From a bacterium (GTDB lineage Bacteria > Bacillota_I > Bacilli_A > RFN20 > CAG-826), in the NCBI GenBank assembly GCA_963651465.1, contig CAVJPS010000009.1:52395-116394 (forward strand): 64,000 bases of DNA. Reading direction: 5' to 3'. The position numbers and the translations under genes are program-made. Positions within the stretch are counted from its first letter, which is position 1. Each line of letters opens with the position of its first letter. Under the pieces are notes generated by a model, which was not told the origin of the DNA, did not search any database, and saw only the letters and a list, made by a program, of their open reading frames with translations. Positions 21,401 to 32,410 of this stretch are shown piece after piece.

Positions 21401-22836
21401 TATTTTTCTTTTGCTCCTCCATAAATATTTAAATATTCATCAGCAGAACGAGACCAGTCATTATTACATGACATAGCATTTAGTCTTAATTTTTTAAATA
21501 AATCTTTATTGTCGTAGCATTTAATAGCCCAGTCAATTGTATTCACAATTGCATGCTTGTCATATGCGTAAAAACCAAATCCTGTTGCAACGTTTTCATT
21601 TCCTTCAATAGCAGGAATAACAGTATCATTTAATCCACCAGTCATACGGACTAATGGTAATGTACCATAACGAAGAGCAATCATTTGGCCAATACCACAA
21701 GGTTCAAATAATGACGGCATTAAAAAGATATCACTTGATGCATAAATCATATGAGCCAATCCATCATTGTAACCAATATAAATTCCCATTTGATTTGGAT
21801 ATTCTGCTCTTAGTTTTTCAAGCTCTTGTTCAAAACCATATTCCCCACTACCAAGAACAATTAATGAAGCTCCACTTGATAAAATTTTGCGTGCTCCTTC
21901 GATGACTAAATCAGCACCTTTTTGCCAAGTTAAACGAGATACCATACCAAATAAAGGTTTGTCAGTTGGTGAAAGATGCATTTCTTCAAGTAATGTATCT
22001 TTATTTTCTTTTTTACCTTCTTCTATAGTTTTCTTAGTATATGTTTTTTTAATTTTCTTATCTTTTGCTGGATTAAATTCGACATAGTCGATACCATTTA
22101 AAACGCCACAGAAATCATAACGTCTTAATTCGAGCACTGTATGTAAATCATGTCCACTATTGTCACTTAATAATTCTTCAGCGTGAGTAGGACTTACAGT
22201 TGTAATTTTATCACAATACATAATTGCAGCTTTTAAAGTACTACATTCATTGTTGTAACGAATTGCACCATTATCGTATAATTCGTCACTTAATCCATAG
22301 TAATCATTGATAAAATAACGATTAAACATTCCTTTAAATGCTGGATTATGAATGGTTAATACAAAACGTGTATTTTTAAATACATCTTCGTATCTATTTT
22401 GTTCTTTAATTAAAACTGGTAGCATTCCAACTTGCCAGTCATGAATATGAATAATGTCAAAGCATAAATTCTGTTCTTGAATTATTTTACGAATTCCTAA
22501 AGTAAAGAAAGCAAAACGTTCATTATCGTCATCATAACCGTATAAATTGTCACGGTTAAAATACCTTACATTACCTAAAAGGTAATAAGTAATGCCGTCA
22601 ATTTCAGTTTTATAAACTTCACATTCTTGATTACGCCATGATAATTGAACACTATATTTTGCTAAAGGTGTTACTCTAATATTATCATTATTACGAATTT
22701 TATCGTAATACGGAATAACAATACTAACTTCGTGACCTTTCTTAACGAGTTCAGCTGATAAAGCATGAACTACATCAGCTAGACCACCAGTTTTAGCTAA
22801 AGGGGTAGATTCACTTGCACACATTAAAATTTTCAT
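21400..22836 (-). CDS. glgA: glycogen synthase
   Basis: 478 aa with the KTGGLADV N-terminal motif. Confidence 0.9.
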   Translation of the reverse strand: MKILMCASESTPLAKTGGLADVVHALSAELVKKGHEVSIVIPYYDKIRNNDNIRVTPLAKYSVQLSWRNQECEVYKTEIDGITYYLLGNVRYFNRDNLYGYDDDNERFAFFTLGIRKIIQEQNLCFDIIHIHDWQVGMLPVLIKEQNRYEDVFKNTRFVLTIHNPAFKGMFNRYFINDYYGLSDELYDNGAIRYNNECSTLKAAIMYCDKITTVSPTHAEELLSDNSGHDLHTVLELRRYDFCGVLNGIDYVEFNPAKDKKIKKTYTKKTIEEGKKENKDTLLEEMHLSPTDKPLFGMVSRLTWQKGADLVIEGARKILSSGASLIVLGSGEYGFEQELEKLRAEYPNQMGIYIGYNDGLAHMIYASSDIFLMPSLFEPCGIGQMIALRYGTLPLVRMTGGLNDTVIPAIEGNENVATGFGFYAYDKHAIVNTIDWAIKCYDNKDLFKKLRLNAMSCNNDWSRSADEYLNIYGGAKEK

Positions 22837-22837
22837 A

Positions 22838-23953
22838 TTAGATAATATCTCCTTGTTTTACGTAAAGTGGATTTTTAGATGTTCCATTTAATTTTTTAAC
22901 AGTAATAACTCGAGCGTACTTATCAACAATACAATTTTCTAAAATAGTATCGTTACCTACAACACAATATCCTAGAATAACAGAATTTTTAATAACAGCG
23001 CCTTCACCAATTACTACTCCACGAGAAATAACACTATTTTCAACTTTCCCGTTAATAATTGCACCATTTGCAACAAACGAATTTGACACATCAGCCTTAC
23101 GGCCATAACGAGTTGGAGGTGTGTCGTGAGTAACTGTATAAATTGGCCACTCGGGTTTAAATAATTCTTTACGAGCATCGTAAGATAATAATTCAGTTGA
23201 TACTTCTAAGTATTTTGCCATTGAATCAACTATACGAACAAAGCCATCATAACGATATCCACGAATATCGTATTTTTTTACATTGTAAGCTAAGAACTCA
23301 CTTAAACTAAAAACCGCGGATTGTTCACTAGATTCTTTTAATATGCGTTTTAAAGTTGACATTGACATAACGTAACTTTCCATTGAAATATCAGCTTCGT
23401 CATCAATACCACGATTTTGACGAATATGATGTACTTTATTAGAATCTTCGTTAAATAATAATTTATCATAACCAACACTATCAACTTTAGCATTAGTCAT
23501 ATGAGTATAAACAATAGTTATGTCAGCGTTACTCTTAATATGTTCATCAATTACTTTAGAATAATCAATAGCACATAAGAAATGAACTGGAGCAATAACA
23601 ACTAAATCAGCACTACTTGCTAATAAGAACCAGTCATTAGCACGAATGTTATTCAAGTCATTATTGTAACGAGGGTTATGATAATATTCCTCATTTTGCA
23701 TAATGACGTTTTTACCAATTTTAGTATTTAAGTTCCATGAGTTATGGAAACCTAAATGTTTATTTAAAGAACGGATATGATGTTTACATAACACACCAAT
23801 TTCATCAATTCCTGAATTAGAAAAATTCGATAAAGTAAAATCAATAAAAGCAAAACGTCCTAAGAAGGAAGTAGATGCTAATGAACGTGATGAAGTTAAT
23901 TCACCAATATCAGGAGAAACGTGTAAATTACAAAAGCCAATAACTCTTCTCAT
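22838..23953 (-). CDS. glgD: glucose-1-phosphate adenylyltransferase regulatory subunit GlgD
   Basis: 371 aa GlgC paralogue. It lacks the canonical GGxGxRL motif. Firmicutes-type glgCD pair. Confidence 0.8.
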   Translation of the reverse strand: MRRVIGFCNLHVSPDIGELTSSRSLASTSFLGRFAFIDFTLSNFSNSGIDEIGVLCKHHIRSLNKHLGFHNSWNLNTKIGKNVIMQNEEYYHNPRYNNDLNNIRANDWFLLASSADLVVIAPVHFLCAIDYSKVIDEHIKSNADITIVYTHMTNAKVDSVGYDKLLFNEDSNKVHHIRQNRGIDDEADISMESYVMSMSTLKRILKESSEQSAVFSLSEFLAYNVKKYDIRGYRYDGFVRIVDSMAKYLEVSTELLSYDARKELFKPEWPIYTVTHDTPPTRYGRKADVSNSFVANGAIINGKVENSVISRGVVIGEGAVIKNSVILGYCVVGNDTILENCIVDKYARVITVKKLNGTSKNPLYVKQGDII

Positions 23954-23964
23954 AATTTATCCTC

Positions 23965-25077
23965 CTATTTTATAAAAAGGCAGACATCTTCGCCTTTAAC
24001 ATTTACATCAGTATTATCAGGAACAATAGCGTTGTTTCCAATAATCGCTTTATTAATACGACAATTTTGACCAATTTGAGCACCAGGCATAATTACTGAA
24101 TCTGTGATAATAGAACCTTTACCAATTAAAGTTTCATTAAAGATAACTGAGTGATTAACTTTACCTAAGATAATTGCTCCTTGGTTAACAATAGAATCTT
24201 TTACTTCTGCTAATTTACCTACGTATTGGGGTACCGATAAAGTATCTTCAGAATAGATTCTAAAATTATTTGAATAAATATCAACATCATCTTCTCCGTC
24301 AAGTAAATCCATGTTTGCTTGCCATAAAGATTTAATAGTTCCAACGTCACGCCAGTAACCTTCAAATTTATATGCCATTAATTTTTTATTTTTCCCAAGC
24401 ATATATGGAATAATATCTTTACCAAAATCATGACTTGATTCTGGTTTGTTATGATCTAAGGTTAAAGCTCTTTTAAGTTCTTTATAATTAAAAATATAAA
24501 TACCCATTGAAGCAAGTGTTGATTTTGGTTTTTTAGGCTTTTCTTCAAATTCATAAATTGACATATCGTGATTAACATTCATAATACCGAATCTACTAGC
24601 TTCACTAATATCAACATTAATGACAGCAATAGTAGCGTCAGCATTAGTTTCTTTATGATAATCAAGCATTCTCTCGTAATTCATTTTATAGATGTGATCA
24701 CCAGATAAAATTAATACATATTGAGGCTTTATTGATTCTAAAAAGTCTAAATTTTGATAAATTGCATCAGCTGTACCTTCATACCAATTCATACCAGTTT
24801 CAGTTTGTCTTGCTGGTAAAAGAGAAATTAATGAACGGACTCCATCAAGTCCCCATTTATTTCCATCTCCGATATAATTGTTTAAATCGACTGATTCATA
24901 TTGAGTTAATATTCCAACGACATCAATTCCACTATTAGCACAGTTTGAAATTGGAAAGTCAATGATTCTATATTTTCCTCCATAACTAACTGCAGGTTTT
25001 GCTACTTTTTTAGTAAGGCCTTCTAACCTAGTACCTTTACCTCCTGCAAGTAACATAGCAACAATTTCTTTTCCCAT
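23965..25077 (-). CDS. glgC: glucose-1-phosphate adenylyltransferase
   Basis: 370 aa with LAGGKGTRL. Confidence 0.9.
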   Translation of the reverse strand: MGKEIVAMLLAGGKGTRLEGLTKKVAKPAVSYGGKYRIIDFPISNCANSGIDVVGILTQYESVDLNNYIGDGNKWGLDGVRSLISLLPARQTETGMNWYEGTADAIYQNLDFLESIKPQYVLILSGDHIYKMNYERMLDYHKETNADATIAVINVDISEASRFGIMNVNHDMSIYEFEEKPKKPKSTLASMGIYIFNYKELKRALTLDHNKPESSHDFGKDIIPYMLGKNKKLMAYKFEGYWRDVGTIKSLWQANMDLLDGEDDVDIYSNNFRIYSEDTLSVPQYVGKLAEVKDSIVNQGAIILGKVNHSVIFNETLIGKGSIITDSVIMPGAQIGQNCRINKAIIGNNAIVPDNTDVNVKGEDVCLFIK

Positions 25078-25140
25078 ATTGTTCCCCCTATTATTTGTTT
25101 TTTTAATTTACAAAATTATTTTAACATAAAACCTTATATT

Positions 25141-25186
25141 ATTTTAATAATATATGAAAAAAAGTGTCGATAAAAATCGACACTAA
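25141..25186 (-). terminator. terminator after the SMC-like ATPase gene
   Basis: AGTGTCGA-taaaaa-TCGACACT hairpin overlapping the stop codon, followed by a T-run on the minus strand. Confidence 0.7.
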
Positions 25187-28100
25187 TTCTTAATTTTATT
25201 TTCTTCAGCATATAATCTAACACTTGATGAACTCTTATCGTGTAATACGACTAATGTTTCATCAACAAGTTCACTAATATCTGCAACTTTGTCAGATGGT
25301 GCTGATAAAATAACTTGTAAACCAAATTTACCTAATAAACGAATAGATTCTTTGATTCTGCCTCTATCCATTTTAGAGAACGCTTCATCAAAGATAATAA
25401 GTCTAAATGAGTTACCTAAATCGCCTGGTTCATTAACACGGTATAATTGAGCAAATGATGCAAGAACTGCAATATAGAAAGGTGTTTGTGTTTCACCACC
25501 GGATTTTTTCTTAATTGTTTTTGATAAACGTTGTTCAACACCATCTTTATCAGTGACAACAATATCAAAATCAAGATAAGAACGATAATCTGTGAATTTT
25601 TCAACATTAGCTAAAACTGCAGCATTACGATCACCATGATCACCAACATCAACAATTTGACGGAATAAATCATCCATTACTTCTTTATATTTATTAACGA
25701 AGGCACTATCATCTTCACCCATTTCAAGTAACAAGTCATCTTTAATCATATCGTAATAACGACGATATTCAACTGATGGCTTTACAATAAAACGATATTT
25801 ATCGTTACCGAATTGTGAACTTTCTAATGCAATGTTAAGATCATCAATTTGTGTTTCAACAGTTTCAATAGCTGTTCTTAATTTATTGATGAAATCATCT
25901 TTAAATTCTTTTGTAGCTTTACGGTATGAATCATCAATTGCTGCTTGATATTGTGGTAATTTAATATCACGCATTTCAGTTAATTCATTATCATAAACAT
26001 GGTTATCTGGTCCATCAACATCGTAAGTTAAACGATAATCACGAACATAGTCTTTACGAAGTTTTACAACATTGTTCTTTAATGAGTTAGCAAAGTATTG
26101 AACTTTAGATAAACTAATCTTTGTTTCACCAATAATATCAATTGTTGATTTACCTTCGTCAACTAATTTTTGATATTCAACATTACCAATTTCATCAACA
26201 AAGAAACCATCATATGCATTTTCTAAGCGATCTTTACGTCCTTGTGCATTAGCTTCTTCAGCAGGTAATTTGTCTTCTTTGTATGTTGAAATTTGGTTTT
26301 GTAAATTACCTTTTTCAAGAATTAAGTTTTCTTTATTAGAAGCCAATTCTTGTAAATCACGTTCAAGATCTTCGATACGTTGATCAAATGATTTAATTTG
26401 TGTTAAATCATGCTTGCCTAATTCTTCGTTAATGTAAGCTAAGTTACCTTCAATAGCTTTTATTTGAGAAGTCTTTTCGATAAAACTAATAGAAGAAGAA
26501 ACTTCGTATGAGTTAATAACTTCTAAGTCACTTGCAACTGAAATAACATTACGAAGTGAGCAATATGTTTCAGTTAATTTTTGACTATCGATAACATCTT
26601 GGTGTTTTGCTTTAATTTGTTCAGCACCAATACGGCGGCCAATATAAGAAACATTATATGTCTCAGGTCTTAAAACAGATAATGTGAAATTACGATATAA
26701 ATCACATTCTTTAGTAATACCATTACCAGAGTTACGAGCTTCCTTAACATTTTGACACTTCATTAATCGACCAATTAAGAAGTTACTATAAATACGAGCT
26801 CCCACGTGATCAGTAATAATTTCTTCAGCAAGAGATCCTCTTTCACAAGCAAAATTCTTTTCGATAATCTTTGCTTGGTCAACTAAAGATGTACCATAGA
26901 AACTTGTTCTAGAACATAATTCTTTTAAAATTTCATGAGCTTCTAAATAATATTCAGGTTCAACAAATAAATTGAATTTTTGGTTATTTAAGAATCCTTC
27001 AATTGCTTTACCCCATTTTTCATCTCTAATGTCAATAAGGTCAGCAAATATAGCCACTTCAACTGGTTTTCCATGACGGCGAGTTAAAGCACCAGCCAAT
27101 TCATTTTTAACAAATGTTAAACCACGAACATAAGACTTACCACCATTTTGCATATCACTTTCTTGTTGCTTTAATATAGCAGTTTTTTGTTCGTTTAGAG
27201 TAATAATCTTATTTAAATTAACATTTAAATAAGAAATATGACGACGGAAGTTTTCTAGTAAAGTACGCCAGTTTTGTAAAATTTCAACTGAAACAGTACT
27301 TAAATCAACTAAGAACTTATCTTTGAATAATAAACATTGATCACGAACTTCACGAGAAATATCCATTAAAGTAGAGATATCGTCCATATTTTCTTCACTA
27401 ACTTTGCTTAAATCAATATTTTCTAAAGTTTGGTTAATTGATTCTGCACATTCTAAATAAGAAGTAGCATAACGCATTAAGTTAGAACGAACTGTATCTT
27501 CGTTATCGTGAATTTCTTTTAATTGATCTTCATATTTCTTCTTTTCTTCCCATAATTCATCAGTTAACTTATATGTGTCATTAGATAACTTATCAGCAGT
27601 TAACTTTTCTTTTTTACGAGTAAGTTGTGAAGTTTGATCTTCATTATAGGCTAAATCAGCTTCGATTTCTTTTAAACGTTTTTCAGCTGAACTAATAGCT
27701 TCTTGGTATGTTCTAATACGAGCTAAGTCATTTTCGTATTCAGCTCTTTCAATAATATATGAATATAAAGTTTCATTTTTACGTTGTGAAACTTCTTTTT
27801 GATAAGCGGCATTAATTTCATTTAAACGGCTAATACGTTGAGCCATTGTATTAGCTTCGACTTGTAATTTCTTATATTGCAAAATATTTTCTTGCATTGA
27901 AGTAATATTAATATTTGCTTGAGAATCACAAATGTATTCAGTAATAAACGTTTCAATATCAGTAATTGGTGTAAACGAAACAGCCTTCTTAAATAATGAG
28001 AAGTATTTATCTTTAAGACCACCAAAACGACGTTTTAATAAGTCTTGATATTGCTTATTAGTATCTAGGAAACGATATTTACCAGCATAATTTTCTTGGA

Positions 28101-28563
28101 AATATGCATTTAATGTTTTATACTCCATTGGAATGTTATCTTTAACAAATTCATTTTCAGGAATTTTATCATCTAAACAGAAGAAACGATGCTCATCAGT
28201 TCCATCTGGGAACGAATCAAAGACAATACCAAATGTAAATGATGTATCATTAACATCATCATAGAATTCCATTGCAATGTATGATGTAAAACGACCTGGT
28301 CTTAAATATCTAAAGCCACCATCTTCAGCATCACCTAATTCACATCTTAAATATCCTTTAAGAGTACGAGCTGATTTTTCCGTTGCAGCTTTGTTAAAGA
28401 AACGACCACTTGTATCACCTAAAAGTAATACTTGCATAGCGTCGATAAGAGTTGATTTACCCGAACCATTTAGACCTGTTAAGAAAACTAAAGGACTAAA
28501 TTCAATAGTTTGATTCCAGAAATAGTGCCAGTTAATTAATTTCATTTTCTTTAATGATTTCAT
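25183..28563 (-). CDS. SMC/SbcC-like ATPase, JetC/MksB-like
   Basis: 1126 aa. Walker A GLNGSGKST is at the N-terminus. A very long heptad-rich coiled-coil middle follows. The C-terminus carries the signature SGGETQ, Walker B LIIFDEAF and the D-loop. The start overlaps the upstream stop (TAATG). Confidence 0.75.
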   Translation of the reverse strand: MKSLKKMKLINWHYFWNQTIEFSPLVFLTGLNGSGKSTLIDAMQVLLLGDTSGRFFNKAATEKSARTLKGYLRCELGDAEDGGFRYLRPGRFTSYIAMEFYDDVNDTSFTFGIVFDSFPDGTDEHRFFCLDDKIPENEFVKDNIPMEYKTLNAYFQENYAGKYRFLDTNKQYQDLLKRRFGGLKDKYFSLFKKAVSFTPITDIETFITEYICDSQANINITSMQENILQYKKLQVEANTMAQRISRLNEINAAYQKEVSQRKNETLYSYIIERAEYENDLARIRTYQEAISSAEKRLKEIEADLAYNEDQTSQLTRKKEKLTADKLSNDTYKLTDELWEEKKKYEDQLKEIHDNEDTVRSNLMRYATSYLECAESINQTLENIDLSKVSEENMDDISTLMDISREVRDQCLLFKDKFLVDLSTVSVEILQNWRTLLENFRRHISYLNVNLNKIITLNEQKTAILKQQESDMQNGGKSYVRGLTFVKNELAGALTRRHGKPVEVAIFADLIDIRDEKWGKAIEGFLNNQKFNLFVEPEYYLEAHEILKELCSRTSFYGTSLVDQAKIIEKNFACERGSLAEEIITDHVGARIYSNFLIGRLMKCQNVKEARNSGNGITKECDLYRNFTLSVLRPETYNVSYIGRRIGAEQIKAKHQDVIDSQKLTETYCSLRNVISVASDLEVINSYEVSSSISFIEKTSQIKAIEGNLAYINEELGKHDLTQIKSFDQRIEDLERDLQELASNKENLILEKGNLQNQISTYKEDKLPAEEANAQGRKDRLENAYDGFFVDEIGNVEYQKLVDEGKSTIDIIGETKISLSKVQYFANSLKNNVVKLRKDYVRDYRLTYDVDGPDNHVYDNELTEMRDIKLPQYQAAIDDSYRKATKEFKDDFINKLRTAIETVETQIDDLNIALESSQFGNDKYRFIVKPSVEYRRYYDMIKDDLLLEMGEDDSAFVNKYKEVMDDLFRQIVDVGDHGDRNAAVLANVEKFTDYRSYLDFDIVVTDKDGVEQRLSKTIKKKSGGETQTPFYIAVLASFAQLYRVNEPGDLGNSFRLIIFDEAFSKMDRGRIKESIRLLGKFGLQVILSAPSDKVADISELVDETLVVLHDKSSSSVRLYAEENKIKN

Positions 28564-29204
28564 TAATCTTCACCTCCATAACTAGAATTTAAACGATCTA
28601 ATGCTTCACTCATTGCAGCAATTTTTTGATTGTCAACTGCAAATGTAATTGAAGGTAAGATATAGAAAGAAACGTTACCTTCATCAAATGAACCAGTAAC
28701 TTTTGAAATAATATTGTGTTGATAAGCAAAACGCAAGCAACGTCCTAGTAAACGTCCTGTTAATTTCTTACCTTGCATTACAATACCATGGTCAAGCATA
28801 AATCTTAATAACTCGCCTGTAGTTAAATAAACATTTTTACCTGAACCTAAAGTTGACTCACTTTGTTCATCGTTTTGTTCTTCATAAATAAATCTTAATG
28901 TAAATAAGATAAGAGAAATTTCACGATCAATTTTTAAACGGTTTTGATCATAATTGTTTTTAATAGCAATGACACCATTGCCAGTATCTTTATCAATTGT
29001 CCAACCAGCATATTTTAAGTAAATTTCAAACATTTCGTAATAGCGTTCAATAAAACGATAATCAGAACTTACTTTAATCATTTTATCTCTAGAATCGTAA
29101 TATTCACGAACAATGAATGATTCACTTAGTAAATTATTAACAACTTCACTAAACATTCTTTGGTCAGCAGTTGATAACTTTTCATATTCTTCTTCGAATA
29201 ACAT
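28563..29204 (-). CDS. JetB/MksE-like (DUF4194-type) small subunit
   Basis: 213 aa acidic protein lying between the kleisin-like and ATPase genes. Size and position match JetB/MksE. Assignment is by architecture, not by a motif hit. Confidence 0.55.
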   Translation of the reverse strand: MLFEEEYEKLSTADQRMFSEVVNNLLSESFIVREYYDSRDKMIKVSSDYRFIERYYEMFEIYLKYAGWTIDKDTGNGVIAIKNNYDQNRLKIDREISLILFTLRFIYEEQNDEQSESTLGSGKNVYLTTGELLRFMLDHGIVMQGKKLTGRLLGRCLRFAYQHNIISKVTGSFDEGNVSFYILPSITFAVDNQKIAAMSEALDRLNSSYGGED

Positions 29205-29205
29205 A

Positions 29206-30639
29206 CTAATTTAATTTCTCCTTTCTTCTAAATGTAAAGTTTGGAAGGATATATCCTTGAGAATGAATTTTTCCTTCATCTTGTATAATTTCGTAAAAAC
29301 ATTTTTCGTCGTCTTTCTTAAGAGAACCTAAGATAAGAAGAACAAATGCTTCAAAGTTAGGAAGTGGTACATCTCCAATAAAGATTTCATCTTCTCCTTG
29401 GAATGCTCTTTCCATAAATTCATAAATCATATCGTCAGTATATGATGATTGTGCTTCTCGTAAGAAACTTTCCATCATATAATCCCCAGCTTCTTCTGGT
29501 GTAGATACTAATTCCAAAGGCTCATATTCTTCTCGTAATGAACGAATAATAGGAAGAGTAATTGAATCCGGATCAATAAATCCTTGAGCCGTAATATTAA
29601 TACTTTTTTGCATTTCAGTAAGAATTTGGGCCAACCCAATTCCTTCACGATTTGCAACTGCGTATGATTTAAAAATATTTTCAAGGTGACCTTTAATCGA
29701 TTTATCAGTGCTATTAAGATAAATAATCTTAGTAGCAGAAGATTTAGTATATTCACTATGTTTTTGGTCAATATCACCAATCATACTATTAATTTGTTCG
29801 TAAAGATCACAAATATAGTTGATTTTTTCAATTACGTCAGCTTCAGCTTCCTCTCTTGGCTTTTGACGTCCAAAAGAAATTGATTGCATAACAATTTTTG
29901 AACGAATTTCATCATTGCGCATCCACTTTTGTAAAATATTAATAATTGGTCGTTTAAATTTTGTAACCGAATCAAAAGTTTTAAGTGGGTGATACAATCT
30001 ATCAGCAATTTTTACTTTGTATTCATCAAAATGGTCATGTAAGATTTCGTTAGTTGTAAATATCTTTCCTAATTTATTTTGGAACATTCGAATTTGGTGT
30101 CCGATTGTTATTAATTCAACTTTTAAATTCTTAGTATTTTCGTATACACGCATTAAAGTAGCATACATAAATTCATCTTGTTCTTCATCCTCGAGTTTAA
30201 GTTCACTATAAGTTGAATGAACTAAAGAATTATAAGCAGTTTCAGTATCAGAAACAAAATTGTTAATAACGGATAACATTTGAATTGAATATGTTGGTAA
30301 AATAATATATTCATCAAATGAATCAGTACGAATTTCAGTTTCAATCCATCCAGTTTCTTCTAAACGTCGGACAATATAAGCTACCTTGGAAGGTAATGTA
30401 TTTAATTGTTCTCTATCGTCTTCTTCTGGAATATCAGCTTCATCATCATCTAACTCTAAATTCATGACTAAATCAGTTGCTTTCTCACGAAGCATTCTAA
30501 CATAGTCATCTTTTTTAATAGACATTTCTTCTGTTTGAAGTGATTTATATAAGACGATTAATGCCATCGCATATATTTCTTTATTTTTACTCGAGAGAAT
30601 GGAAAAAAAGTTCTCTGGTATAAAATCAAATAGCTTCAA
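29206..30639 (-). CDS. JetA/MksF-like (DUF3375-type) kleisin-like subunit
   Basis: 477 aa. It uses a TTG start with a GGGAG RBS and an in-frame stop two codons upstream. It is the first gene of a three-gene coupled operon. Size and order match JetA. Confidence 0.55.
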   Translation of the reverse strand: MKLFDFIPENFFSILSSKNKEIYAMALIVLYKSLQTEEMSIKKDDYVRMLREKATDLVMNLELDDDEADIPEEDDREQLNTLPSKVAYIVRRLEETGWIETEIRTDSFDEYIILPTYSIQMLSVINNFVSDTETAYNSLVHSTYSELKLEDEEQDEFMYATLMRVYENTKNLKVELITIGHQIRMFQNKLGKIFTTNEILHDHFDEYKVKIADRLYHPLKTFDSVTKFKRPIINILQKWMRNDEIRSKIVMQSISFGRQKPREEAEADVIEKINYICDLYEQINSMIGDIDQKHSEYTKSSATKIIYLNSTDKSIKGHLENIFKSYAVANREGIGLAQILTEMQKSINITAQGFIDPDSITLPIIRSLREEYEPLELVSTPEEAGDYMMESFLREAQSSYTDDMIYEFMERAFQGEDEIFIGDVPLPNFEAFVLLILGSLKKDDEKCFYEIIQDEGKIHSQGYILPNFTFRRKEKLN

Positions 30640-30869
30640 TTTAGTATTCTCCCTTCATTTTCTTTATTATTATATCATAATAATAAGTATACATTAAGTG
30701 ATTTTTTTACTAGTTATGTATTTTTGTTATAATCAAATTAATTTAGTTATTTTTTAAAAAATATTTAACTTTTATTCTAAAATTTATTGCAATAATTCTT
30801 TTAAAATGTTATTATCTATTAGCGTGTGTTATTACACATTCGGTATTTTCATTAAGGGAGGTTAAAAAT

Positions 30870-31064
30870 ATGTCAAGAGTTTGCCCAGTTACAGGTAAAG
30901 GCCCAGTCAGCGGAAATAATCGTTCCCACTCTTTAAGAGCTACACGTCGTAAATGGAACGTTAATCTTCAACCTTACAAAGTTATGGTTGACGGACAAGT
31001 TAAAACAGTTCGTATGTCTGCACGTGCTTATAGAACCCTTAATAAAGTTTCAAAAGAAAACTAA
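30870..31064 (+). CDS. rpmB: 50S ribosomal protein L28
   Basis: 64 aa reading MSRVCPVTGKGPVSGNNRSHSLRATRRKWNVNLQ; RBS GGGAGG. Confidence 0.95.
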   Translation: MSRVCPVTGKGPVSGNNRSHSLRATRRKWNVNLQPYKVMVDGQVKTVRMSARAYRTLNKVSKEN

Positions 31065-31065
31065 T

Positions 31066-31096
31066 AAAAAACACCTTATTAAAGGTGTTTTTTTTT
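31066..31096. terminator. bidirectional terminator after rpmB
   Basis: ACACCTT-attaa-AGGTGT hairpin plus T8. Confidence 0.7.
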
Positions 31097-31736
31097 ATAA
31101 GCTTATTCCAGTTGCAAGTAAGATAACTTGTAATACATTAATAAATAAGAATAGCCATTCAGTAAAAGCAAGAATAAAAATCTTTGGACGAATTTCCATA
31201 CCATTCTCATCGGTTTCTAAATTCATCCATTTTTTTAATTTAGGATTAAAAATTAATATTAATTGAATAAGACATAGAGCGAATAATAAATATGGTAATG
31301 CATCATTAATAACATAAATATTAAATACAAGATTTGCGTATCCTAAAAAGGCAGTGTGAATTGTCGACATTGCAAAATAAATTGACGACAATATGACATG
31401 AATTTGATCTGTTAAGATACGTACCATAAATAATACTAATGTTAGTAAAGAAACAAGTGCACCTAACGCAATTTCAATTTTATAAATTGTATAGCCTAAG
31501 TCTTTAAAAACATAAATATAAAATGATGCAAGAACAGCTATGAAAGTACCATAAAGTATAATCATAAGTGGTCGTAATTTCATTCTTATATTATCGTTAA
31601 ATTCATATGGAAAATTTTGTAAAAATGAATATTTTTTTTGATATGTCATTTTATAATTAAGAGTTCCGAATAAGATAACAAATATAAATGCAACTACAAC
31701 ACAAAGTGCCATAATAAGATAACCAATAGTTATCAT
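31095..31736 (-). CDS. polytopic membrane protein, unknown function
   Basis: 213 aa with 5-6 predicted TM helices. Confidence 0.5.
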   Translation of the reverse strand: MITIGYLIMALCVVVAFIFVILFGTLNYKMTYQKKYSFLQNFPYEFNDNIRMKLRPLMIILYGTFIAVLASFYIYVFKDLGYTIYKIEIALGALVSLLTLVLFMVRILTDQIHVILSSIYFAMSTIHTAFLGYANLVFNIYVINDALPYLLFALCLIQLILIFNPKLKKWMNLETDENGMEIRPKIFILAFTEWLFLFINVLQVILLATGISL

Positions 31737-32410
31737 TATTTAATACGACCTTTTAAGATATTAATTCTTTCACCAATATTGTCTTGGTTGAACAAATATG
31801 ATCCAGCAACTAATACATCAGCACCTGCAGCAATACATTCGCCACAAGTGTTTTTATTAATGCCACCATCAACTTCAATCTTAACTTTACCAGTTAAACC
31901 CATTTCATCAATATATCTTCTTACTTTTCTAATCTTTTGAGGAGTATCTTCAATAAATGTTTGTCCTCCTGCTCCTGGTTCAACTGACATAATTAGAACT
32001 AAATCTAATTTTTCAAGGAATCCTTGAACAAGTGAAATTGGAGTATTTGGTTTAATTGACATACCAGCTTTCATACCATGATTGTGAATTTCATCAATCA
32101 TCATATTACGTTCGCCATCATCATAAAATGATTCATAGTGGAAAGTTAAATACTTAGCACCTGCATTTTCAAAGTCCTCAATATAATCAAAAGGATTTGC
32201 AACCATCAAATGGACATCGTTTACCATATGATGATATTTTTCAAGAGATTTTAAATAGTCACTACCAAATGTGACATTACGAACAAATACACCATCCATT
32301 ACATCAAAATGAAGCCATTCAGCGCCATATTGTTGCATAAGTGATAATTGAGTAGGAGCATCCTCCTTTTTACATGCTAATAAAGATGGAGCAACAATAA
32401 TATCAGCCAT
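31736..32410 (-). CDS. rpe: ribulose-phosphate 3-epimerase
   Basis: 224 aa with HFDVMDG and the VDGG motifs. Confidence 0.9.
   Translation of the reverse strand: MADIIVAPSLLACKKEDAPTQLSLMQQYGAEWLHFDVMDGVFVRNVTFGSDYLKSLEKYHHMVNDVHLMVANPFDYIEDFENAGAKYLTFHYESFYDDGERNMMIDEIHNHGMKAGMSIKPNTPISLVQGFLEKLDLVLIMSVEPGAGGQTFIEDTPQKIRKVRRYIDEMGLTGKVKIEVDGGINKNTCGECIAAGADVLVAGSYLFNQDNIGERINILKGRIK

Noticed and set aside
25078-25182. Search for a JetD/Toprim gene downstream of the SMC-like ATPase
   Set aside because: There is only a 105-nt intergenic region containing a terminator before glgC, and no ORF. The upstream flank is rpmB. No JetD is present in this window.
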